This document shows, piece by piece, positions 16,472-24,369 of a DNA stretch of 25,881 nt. The notes under the pieces are model-generated. The model had not been told where the DNA came from. It made no database searches and saw only the letters and a program-made list of their open reading frames with translations. Source of the DNA: Candidatus Coprovivens sp. (GTDB lineage Bacteria > Bacillota_I > Bacilli_A > RF39 > UBA660); assembly GCA_051892935.1 (NCBI GenBank), contig JBJFGS010000014.1, positions 1 through 25,881 on the forward strand, written 5' to 3'. Each line of letters starts with the position of its first letter. Positions within the stretch are counted from its first letter, which is position 1. The position numbers were made by a program, and so were the translations under genes.

Positions 16472-17211
16472 TCTTCACCGCTTTCACAATTCAAATAAGC
16501 TACTGATATATTATCAGTTCCACCTCTTGCATTACTTTTTCTGATAAGCTTAATAACCTGTTCCTCTATTTCTAAATCATCATCATTCAATACTTTTTCA
16601 ATTTGCTCTTTTGTTAACATCGAAGTCAAACCATCACTACATAACAATATACCATCTATATTAATATCAACATCAAATATATCTAACTCAGCCTTTTCAC
16701 TACTACCTAAAGCTTTCATCAAAACATTTCTCTTAGGATGATATTTTGCTTCTTCCTCTGTTAAATCACCACTTGCAACCAACAGATTAACTAAAGTATG
16801 ATCTTTTGTAACTTTAGTTAACTTACCATTCTTATACACAAACCCAGAGCTATCACCAATATTAGCAAAAATTAAATATTCACTAGTTAATAATGCCATT
16901 ACAGCAGTAGTTCCCATTCCTAATGCTTCAGGATGTTTTTTTGTATAATCAAGTATTTCTGTATTAATCTGACATATATTATCCTTTAACCAATTAATAG
17001 CATCAATCTTACTACCAATTGTTGACAATTCTCCAAATTTATCTCCCATATGAGTAACAACCATAGAACTAGCAACCTCACCTGCTCTATGACCTCCCAT
17101 ACCATCAGCAACTATCAATAAATGTTCATTATTAGCATTTTTTAAAATTGTAACCGAATCTTCATTATGATCTCTAACTTTACCAGAATCAGTTAAATAA
17201 AATGTTCTCAT
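16468..17211 (-). CDS. prpC: PP2C-type Ser/Thr phosphatase PrpC (Stp1)
   Basis: RDHNED, VADGMGGH, NIGDS, LCSDGL and GGTDNIS motifs; upstream of prkC. Confidence 0.95.
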   Translation of the reverse strand: MRTFYLTDSGKVRDHNEDSVTILKNANNEHLLIVADGMGGHRAGEVASSMVVTHMGDKFGELSTIGSKIDAINWLKDNICQINTEILDYTKKHPEALGMGTTAVMALLTSEYLIFANIGDSSGFVYKNGKLTKVTKDHTLVNLLVASGDLTEEEAKYHPKRNVLMKALGSSEKAELDIFDVDINIDGILLCSDGLTSMLTKEQIEKVLNDDDLEIEEQVIKLIRKSNARGGTDNISVAYLNCESGEE

Positions 17212-18227
17212 GCTTTCACCTCTTTACTTCTAAGCTGTCCACAAGCAGCATCAATATTACTACCAAATTCTTTTCTAATAGTAACATTTATTCCACGCTT
17301 CTTAAGAACATCATAAAACTTCATTATTTGCTCTTTACTAGTACGTTTAAATTCTATATGATTTGTTTCATTATATGGTATTAAATTAACATATACATTT
17401 AAACCTTTCAATAAAGATGCTAACTCAATAGCTTGTGTTTCATTATCATTTACTCCACTAAGCATAACATATTCAATGGTTACTCTTCTATTAGTTTTTT
17501 CAATATATTCTTTTATAGTATCCATTAAAACAGGCAATTTATACGCCTTATTAATTGGCATTATCTTATCTCTAAGTTGAGTATTAGGAGCATGTAATGA
17601 TAGTGCTAAATTAATTTGTAAATCCTCATTCATTAATTCTTTTATCTTAGGAACTAAACCGCAAGTAGATAAAGTAATATGTCTAGCCCCAATAGCAATA
17701 CCTTTAGGATCATTTATTATTCTAACAAAATTCATAACATTCTCGTAATTATCAAGTGGTTCACCAATTCCCATTACTACAACACTAGAAATCCTCTTCT
17801 TTATATCTTCTTCAACAAGTAAAATTTGTTGAACAATCTCATAAGCTCCTAAATCACGTACTTTTTTTAATCTACCGGATTCACAAAATGCACATCCCAT
17901 ATTACAACCAACTTGACTACTAACACAAATAGATAAACCATAATCATGTTGCATTAATACAGCTTCCACAAAATTCCCATCAAATAACTTAAACAAATAC
18001 TTTTTCGTAAGTTTATCTTCTTGTTTTTTTACTATACTGATTATTTTAAAAGAAAAATCTTTTTCTAATCTTTCTTGTAATTCTTTTTTTATATTTGTCA
18101 TCTCATAAAATGATTTAACTTTATGAATATAAAGCCATTCAAAAACTTGCAAAGCTTTAAACTTTTTTTCACCTATATTTAAAAAATATTCTTCTAAATC
18201 TAATCTTTTAATACCATATATATTCAT
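17208..18227 (-). CDS. rlmN: 23S rRNA (adenine(2503)-C2)-methyltransferase RlmN
   Basis: SSQVGCNMGCAFC radical SAM motif, MGIGEP, SLHAP, IDAACGQL; conserved rlmN-prpC-prkC order. Confidence 0.95.
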   Translation of the reverse strand: MNIYGIKRLDLEEYFLNIGEKKFKALQVFEWLYIHKVKSFYEMTNIKKELQERLEKDFSFKIISIVKKQEDKLTKKYLFKLFDGNFVEAVLMQHDYGLSICVSSQVGCNMGCAFCESGRLKKVRDLGAYEIVQQILLVEEDIKKRISSVVVMGIGEPLDNYENVMNFVRIINDPKGIAIGARHITLSTCGLVPKIKELMNEDLQINLALSLHAPNTQLRDKIMPINKAYKLPVLMDTIKEYIEKTNRRVTIEYVMLSGVNDNETQAIELASLLKGLNVYVNLIPYNETNHIEFKRTSKEQIMKFYDVLKKRGINVTIRKEFGSNIDAACGQLRSKEVKA

Positions 18228-18334
18228 TCTAATACACCTATTTTAATTATAACATAAATGATAACTTTTATAATAGTTATTTTACATTAAATAAACCACC
18301 TTTTTTGAAAGATAACACTTACTTTACTAAAGAT

Positions 18335-18356
18335 AAAAAACCACAAAAGTGGTTTT
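18335..18356 (-). terminator. Intrinsic terminator of the 246-aa gene
   Basis: AAAACCAC-tttt-GTGGTTTT plus TT, overlapping the stop codon. Confidence 0.7.
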
Positions 18357-19095
18357 ATAATTGCTCTTCAAAAACAAATCTATTCTTTTTATAAACAATA
18401 GATACTCCTCTTAAAACATTTAGTGTAATAAATACTGCAATAACAACTACAACAACATATTTAAATAAACCAAATAATTCAATATTTACACCATCAACTA
18501 TTTTACCAGCTTCATTAAGAGCTTCTAATTTATCGAAAATAATATTAATATATCTAAAATATCCAAAAGAAATAACTACATAATAAACAATATTATATAT
18601 AGTAATAAATCCATCGTATATATAAGTATTTAGTTTACTTAAATAGTTTTTCTTTAATACTTTTTTAATTGAGCCATTAATAAATAGCTTACTAATAAAA
18701 CACAAAATAACTAAAGAAACACCAAGTATAATCCCCACTTTTTTAAATTCATTCCAATATACATCTTTTGTTAAATACTCATTACCTTCAAAACAAGTTA
18801 AATCAATATCAATTTTTAAATATTTATATATTAAATAAACAATCCCCAATAATATAGTAATTTTAAAAATTGAATTTAAAACAGTTTTAATACAAGCAGG
18901 AACAATTCCAATTTCATTTTTAATTCTGCCATTATTCATTCCGGCCGAATTATTATTAAAATCAAAACTATATTCATTATTTGAATTATTTAAAGAAGTC
19001 AAAGAAGACCCAGGTAATATATCTTGTTGCTTTTTATAAGAATCAGAACTATTTACATTACTTTTAAAATCTTTTTCAATTTTAACAATTCCCAT
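18355..19095 (-). CDS. Hypothetical membrane protein (about 4 TM helices, Asn/Ser-rich N-terminus)
   Basis: ORF with RBS AGGTG, upstream extended -10 TGCTATACT, and its own terminator. Confidence 0.75.
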   Translation of the reverse strand: MGIVKIEKDFKSNVNSSDSYKKQQDILPGSSLTSLNNSNNEYSFDFNNNSAGMNNGRIKNEIGIVPACIKTVLNSIFKITILLGIVYLIYKYLKIDIDLTCFEGNEYLTKDVYWNEFKKVGIILGVSLVILCFISKLFINGSIKKVLKKNYLSKLNTYIYDGFITIYNIVYYVVISFGYFRYINIIFDKLEALNEAGKIVDGVNIELFGLFKYVVVVVIAVFITLNVLRGVSIVYKKNRFVFEEQL

Positions 19096-19144
19096 AAATA
19101 CACCTACTAACTATACTCTAAATAAGTATAGCATAAATATTATT

Positions 19145-19834
19145 CTATTCCAAATGCAATTTAAGTTTTCTAATTACCTTCTTCTCTATTCTCGATATAT
19201 AAGATTGACTTATCCCAAGCAACTCTGCAACCTCCTTTTGTGTAAACTCTTGAGTATTATTAAGACCATATCTCATTATCATTATTTGTTTATCACGATC
19301 ATCTAATTCATCTATAGTATCCTTAAGTAATTTAATATCAACCTTTTTTTCATATTCCTTATATGTTATATCTTCATCTGTTCCCAATATATCCTCTAAA
19401 TGTAATTCATTGCCTTCACCATCAAAAGATAAAGCTTCATCAAAACTAATATCAGCCATCCTCTTTTTATTCTTTCTTAAATACATCAAAATTTCATTAG
19501 AAATACATCTAGATGCATAAGTGGCCAATCTAATATTTTTATCTATTTTATACGTATTAATACCCTTTATAAGGCCAATAGAACCAATACTAACTAAATC
19601 CTCTAAAGTTTCTAACTTACTTTCATACTTTTTAGCAATAAAAACAACTAATCTTAAATTATGTTCAATTAATTTATTCCTTGCTTCTATCTCACCTTTT
19701 TGAGACTTTATAACTAATTCAATTTCTTCCTCTTTATCTAAAGGAGGAGGTAGTATATCAGTACTACCAACAAAGAAAAACTGATTAAACTTACTAACAA
19801 CTAAAAGATATATTTTTTTTAATAATCTAAGCAC
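19145..19834 (-). CDS. sigE: Sporulation sigma factor pro-SigE
   Basis: Amphipathic pro-sequence, LPPPL, NLRLVV, LATYASRCI.NEILMYLR, GISQSYISR (the SigE-type form). The GTG start overlaps the spoIIGA TAG. Confidence 0.93.
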   Translation of the reverse strand: MLRLLKKIYLLVVSKFNQFFFVGSTDILPPPLDKEEEIELVIKSQKGEIEARNKLIEHNLRLVVFIAKKYESKLETLEDLVSIGSIGLIKGINTYKIDKNIRLATYASRCISNEILMYLRKNKKRMADISFDEALSFDGEGNELHLEDILGTDEDITYKEYEKKVDIKLLKDTIDELDDRDKQIMIMRYGLNNTQEFTQKEVAELLGISQSYISRIEKKVIRKLKLHLE

Positions 19835-20625
19835 TATTTCAATCCCTCCATTACGATACTATTTAATATACAATCTATTCCATCAATATAGAAATTTTTG
19901 TCACTAATACCAACCAAAAACCTATCAAAAGTCTTACCATCTATTTCTAACTTAAAACCACTATAACAAGTTAACAAACCATGATTATTTAAAGAATTAT
20001 ATGGAACATAAACTGGACTTCTTACATTTAAGTCTTTTATTTTTATTTTATCAACCAAAATAATACTTTTATTACTATAAGGATCTTTTAATTTATTACC
20101 AGTATCTAAAAATGCATTTAATTCAATAATATTCTTATTATCAAAATATAACTTACATCTAAAATAATTACTATAATTATTCTTTAGCTCTATAAAACAC
20201 TTAATATACTTAATAAAAATAAATACACCAACTATAAATATCATTATATAACTTAAACCCAAACCATTATCAATAAATAGTAAACCATTATTACTATACT
20301 TAAATTGATTACTCAAAAATTCTATTCCACCTCCTAATAGCATACTCACCAAATAAAAATATAAAATATTTTTTATAGTATATTTAATATCTCTAAACCC
20401 AAAAGAAATAACTATAATAAAAAAAGATATCAATAATTTAAATATTAACAAAAATAAATTATCAATTTTAAAAAACAATATTATTAATGAAACATTACCA
20501 AACAAACTACCAAATACTAAACGCCACCATTTAATGTTTCTTCTAAGTATATAATTAACACTAAGCAACAATAATAAATCTATAAAAAAATTAACTATTA
20601 ATACTAAGTCAACATATACTTTCAT
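19834..20625 (-). CDS. spoIIGA: Sigma-E processing aspartic peptidase SpoIIGA
   Basis: MKVYVDL..NF..D start, five TM segments, catalytic LDTGNKLKDP; directly upstream of sigE. Confidence 0.92.
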   Translation of the reverse strand: MKVYVDLVLIVNFFIDLLLLLSVNYILRRNIKWWRLVFGSLFGNVSLIILFFKIDNLFLLIFKLLISFFIIVISFGFRDIKYTIKNILYFYLVSMLLGGGIEFLSNQFKYSNNGLLFIDNGLGLSYIMIFIVGVFIFIKYIKCFIELKNNYSNYFRCKLYFDNKNIIELNAFLDTGNKLKDPYSNKSIILVDKIKIKDLNVRSPVYVPYNSLNNHGLLTCYSGFKLEIDGKTFDRFLVGISDKNFYIDGIDCILNSIVMEGLK

Positions 20626-20671
20626 ATAATCACCTTCTAAAAAATATCACTATTTAAAGATGAAAAAAGTC

Positions 20672-20703
20672 AAAAAAAAACGATTACATTAAGAATCGTT
20701 TTT
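20672..20703 (-). terminator. Intrinsic terminator of the zinc-ribbon gene
   Basis: AAAAACGATT-cttaatgt-AATCGTTTTT plus T-run, with the stop codon in the loop. Confidence 0.7.
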
Positions 20704-21864
20704 AACTTTATTATAAGCTGAAACAGCAAACCTATATGTATCAAATAATAAGCCTTCATATTTATTAGCATAATAATATTCAAAATCAAACTTAGCAATA
20801 TTACCAGCAGAAACATCGTTATTAGAAATACATTCCGCTCCTACTATAGACTCATTACTATAATATAAAATACACAGTTCCAAATGATCAATATCATCAT
20901 TTTCATCAATATAAGAAACAGAAATAGCTTCTCCAGTATCATTAATAACAAACTTATTAGTATCAATTTCTACTGGTATTAGTTCGTAATCATTGACTTT
21001 AATATCTACTTCATATCTTTTATATCCATCAACAATATTATACTTATTTATCTTTATTAAAAATTTAGTATAAGGAGCAGGATAAGCATATTCTTTTACA
21101 CTACCCAATAATTCATCATTATCATCATAAAAACTTATAATAAATTCAACCGCTGAAACAACATTATTATTATTTTCGTATGTAAATAATAAACTACCAT
21201 CATATAAAACATTTTCTGAAGCTAAATCAATATTTTCTTTCATTTGTTGAGCTTTTTCCTCGCGTTGCTTTTCGTAATCAATAATACTATCTTCTACTTC
21301 TTTTCTAATCTCTTCTTGCTCTAAACTTTTTCTTTTTTCCTGAATTTTTTGAAAATAATCAAAAGAAAAAAAGCCAACACCCGCGATTATTAAAAATGCC
21401 AAAAAAACAACAACTAACTTCCAATTTATTTTAAAAGTTTTCTTTTCTTTATATTCATTTTTACTACTTTGATTATTGTAATTTATACTAGGTTGAACAT
21501 AATTTTGATTAGAAAAAGAGTTTTTCGAAACATTCTGAACATTACTTTTATTATATCCAATAGATACTTTAGGACTACTAAAAAAATCTTCAGCATTAAA
21601 ATCTTGCTTATCAAAAAAATTAGAATTTATGGATGAGATTTTTTTGTTTTTATTATGACTAAAATCATCCATTTGAAAACCATTAGTAGAAACATTACTA
21701 TTGTAATTTACTTCATTATTCTGATTATTATTATTTAATATTGGAAAATCCACTTTTTTATTCTCAGAAGCATTACTAATAGGAGTTTCTAAAACTTTAG
21801 CACCACAGACAGAACAAATAGAATCAGTTGGAGATAATTGAGAACCACACATATAGCACTTCAT
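20689..21864 (-). CDS. Zinc-ribbon single-pass membrane protein with two FxLYD-like extracellular repeats
   Basis: CYMCG...CSVCG N-terminus, Asn-rich linker, TM helix, coiled coil, repeats ISFYDDNDELLG and ILYYSNESIVG; RBS AGGAG. Confidence 0.75.
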   Translation of the reverse strand: MKCYMCGSQLSPTDSICSVCGAKVLETPISNASENKKVDFPILNNNNQNNEVNYNSNVSTNGFQMDDFSHNKNKKISSINSNFFDKQDFNAEDFFSSPKVSIGYNKSNVQNVSKNSFSNQNYVQPSINYNNQSSKNEYKEKKTFKINWKLVVVFLAFLIIAGVGFFSFDYFQKIQEKRKSLEQEEIRKEVEDSIIDYEKQREEKAQQMKENIDLASENVLYDGSLLFTYENNNNVVSAVEFIISFYDDNDELLGSVKEYAYPAPYTKFLIKINKYNIVDGYKRYEVDIKVNDYELIPVEIDTNKFVINDTGEAISVSYIDENDDIDHLELCILYYSNESIVGAECISNNDVSAGNIAKFDFEYYYANKYEGLLFDTYRFAVSAYNKVKNDS

Positions 21865-21921
21865 ATTATCACTCCTATCCTTACAATAATTATTATATCA
21901 TATTTAAAATAAATCTTTAAT

Positions 21922-21948
21922 AAAAAAAACGATTTATTAAAAATCGTC
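21922..21948 (-). terminator. Intrinsic terminator of ftsAZ
   Basis: GACGATTT-ttaat-AAATCGTT plus T-run, with the stop codon in the loop. Confidence 0.7.
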
Positions 21949-23007
21949 TCTATTTCTTAAGAATGGAGGAATGTCAACATTATCAAATTCATCCTCATCT
22001 CTCATATATGCAGTATTTTTAGGTAATTCATTGTCTAAACCACCACCAATTTGTTCTCTAGCATCATCAAATCCAGTAGCAATTACAGTAACAATAACTT
22101 CATCATTTAGATTTTCATTAATAACAGCACCAAATATTGTATTAATATCAGTATTAGCAGCATTTCTTACTACTTCAGCAGCATCTTCTGCCTCAAACAA
22201 TGTAAGAGTATTACCACCAGTAATATTAATAATAGCATCAGTTGCTCCATCAATAGTATTTTCAAGTAATGGAGAAGCAACAGCTTGTTTAGCAGCTTCA
22301 ATAGCTCTATCTTCACCAACTCCAATACCAATACCTATTATAGCATTACCTCTATTTTGCATTACAGCCTTAACATCAGCAAAATCAAGATTAACAAGTC
22401 CAGATACTGCAATTAAATCAGATATAGATTGTACACCTCTTCTTAGAACATTATCAACTTCTTTAAATGCTTCAACAATTGGTGTAGTTCTATCAATCAT
22501 ATCTCTCAATCTATCATTTGGAATAACAATGATTGTATCAACATGTTTTCTTAATTCTTCTAAACCAACTTCAGCCTGTTCCATTCTCTTACGACCTTCA
22601 AATTTAAAAGGTTTTGTAACAATAGCAACAGTTAAAGCTCCTTGTTCTTGTGCAATCTCAGCCACTATTGGAGCAGCACCAGTACCAGTACCTCCTCCTA
22701 GTCCACAAGTAACAAATATCATATCAGCTCCTGCCAAAGCTTCTTCAATTTCTTTTTTACTTTCCATAGCAGCTTCTCTTCCAACTTCTGGATTAGCTCC
22801 TGCTCCCAAACCCTCTGTTATATTTTTACCTATTTGTAATTTAGTTTCAGCATTACTTGCATTTAGCACTTGTAAATCAGTATTAGCAACTATAAAGTCA
22901 ACTCCACCAACACCAGATTCAATCATTCTATTAACAGCGTTGCAGCCACCGCCACCGACACCGATAACTTTTATTTTTGCAATTTGATCTCTCTCTAAAT
23001 CATGCAT
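21937..23007 (-). CDS. ftsZ: Cell division protein FtsZ
   Basis: [24 protein letters not shown] tubulin motif, NLDFAD, C-terminal DIPPFLR. Start moved to ATG 23007 (RBS GGGAGG). Confidence 0.99.
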   Translation of the reverse strand: MHDLERDQIAKIKVIGVGGGGCNAVNRMIESGVGGVDFIVANTDLQVLNASNAETKLQIGKNITEGLGAGANPEVGREAAMESKKEIEEALAGADMIFVTCGLGGGTGTGAAPIVAEIAQEQGALTVAIVTKPFKFEGRKRMEQAEVGLEELRKHVDTIIVIPNDRLRDMIDRTTPIVEAFKEVDNVLRRGVQSISDLIAVSGLVNLDFADVKAVMQNRGNAIIGIGIGVGEDRAIEAAKQAVASPLLENTIDGATDAIINITGGNTLTLFEAEDAAEVVRNAANTDINTIFGAVINENLNDEVIVTVIATGFDDAREQIGGGLDNELPKNTAYMRDEDEFDNVDIPPFLRNRDDF

Positions 23008-23021
23008 CTTATATCCTCCCA

Positions 23022-24260
23022 TCAACCATTAAAAATGTAACCGAACAACTTACCAATAACACTATCATTTTGATTAGCTAAATTTACACCACTTAACTCT
23101 TGCTGTTCATCTATTGAAAATATTGAATAATCCTTATCTTTTAATTTAGCGTTATAAGCATAATACTTTAAAAGTCCTAAACAAGAACTATACTTATTAT
23201 TACGAACACCTATTTCCATAATACTTCCAATTATAGCATCATTACCATAGATTTCTTGTAAAATAAGCTTAAAGTCTCTACATTCCGTTAAACCTCCTGT
23301 AAATATTATATAACTTATTTCTTTTTTTGTTAAGTGATTTATCTCTTTCTTGCATAAATTTAGTATTTCACTAAGCCTACTCATAACTATTTCACTAATT
23401 TCAAATTGATTAATTTTAATTTTATTAGAAAATTGATCAACTACTTCTACAATATCAGACACTTGAGCCATATTTTTATGAGCTAAAGCAAACTGTTCTT
23501 TTAACATTTTTGATTGTTTCAAAGGAATCTTATAAATAAATGATACATCATTATCTATATTTTGACCGCCTAATAGAACAACACTAGTGTTAGTTAATAC
23601 CCCTTTATTAAAAACTGATAAAGTTGTAGTTTTATCACCTAAATTAACAACAACTCCAACTTTCTTATCTAGTTCTTTATTCTTAAATTCAAAATAATCT
23701 CCTATTGAAGATAATGTAATGTCTAAAACATCCACTCCTAATCTCTCTAAACAAGCTAAAATAGGATAAATATTCTTCTTAGGTGTCGACACCATAACTC
23801 CCCTAACAGCCAATGTTTTAGAAGTTAACCCTTTAGGATCTTTAACAATTCTATCATCATCTAAAGAAAAACTAGTTGGCATCATAGATATATATTCCAT
23901 TTCGTTACTCTTTTTACTTTTCACAGCTTTTTGAAGTACACGAATAACATCAGTACCATCAATCATATTTCCATCACTATTTATAGCGACACTTCCAGTT
24001 ACAACAGCAAAAGTAGCATTATTAGCTGGTACAGAAACTATTAATTGTTTTATCTTCAATCCAATTATTTCCTCACATTTTTGTATAACATCTTTTAAAG
24101 GATCCAATAATAGATTTGGCTCTTCAACAATTCCATTTTTTACACCTTTTGATGGAGAATCAGCAACAGCAAGTATATTCAATTTTCTCTTAACCATTTC
24201 ACCAACAACGCATTTTACAGTGTCTGAGCCAACATCCAAACAAGCCATTATCTTACGCAT
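23022..24260 (-). CDS. ftsA: Cell division protein FtsA
   Basis: [15 protein letters not shown]-terminal amphipathic helix IGKLFGYIF; upstream of ftsZ. Start moved to ATG 24260 (RBS GGAGGG). Confidence 0.93.
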   Translation of the reverse strand: MRKIMACLDVGSDTVKCVVGEMVKRKLNILAVADSPSKGVKNGIVEEPNLLLDPLKDVIQKCEEIIGLKIKQLIVSVPANNATFAVVTGSVAINSDGNMIDGTDVIRVLQKAVKSKKSNEMEYISMMPTSFSLDDDRIVKDPKGLTSKTLAVRGVMVSTPKKNIYPILACLERLGVDVLDITLSSIGDYFEFKNKELDKKVGVVVNLGDKTTTLSVFNKGVLTNTSVVLLGGQNIDNDVSFIYKIPLKQSKMLKEQFALAHKNMAQVSDIVEVVDQFSNKIKINQFEISEIVMSRLSEILNLCKKEINHLTKKEISYIIFTGGLTECRDFKLILQEIYGNDAIIGSIMEIGVRNNKYSSCLGLLKYYAYNAKLKDKDYSIFSIDEQQELSGVNLANQNDSVIGKLFGYIFNG

Positions 24261-24289
24261 CTTCATCCCTCCATATTATACTAATCACA

Positions 24290-24318
24290 ATTATACATTA
24301 ATTTCTCAAAATATTCAA
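24290..24318 (-). promoter_or_regulatory. SigA-type promoter for ftsAZ
   Basis: TTGAAT (24318-24313), 17-nt spacer, TATAAT (24295-24290). Confidence 0.65.
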
Positions 24319-24369
24319 CAATACAAAGGGATGAAGTACATAATTAAATCATAAAAGAATTGATATTAT

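Noticed and set aside
17208-18227. Cfr-type resistance methyltransferase
   Set aside because: Its position in the core rlmN-prpC-prkC operon and the SSQVGC motif indicate housekeeping RlmN.
11012-19703. Short plus-strand ORFs (11012, 12421, 14664, 15264, 17202, 19521)
   Set aside because: All are antisense to well-supported housekeeping genes.
21971-22987. 338-aa plus-strand ORF
   Set aside because: Antisense shadow of ftsZ in codon register; Ser/Ala/Pro-rich with no recognisable motifs.
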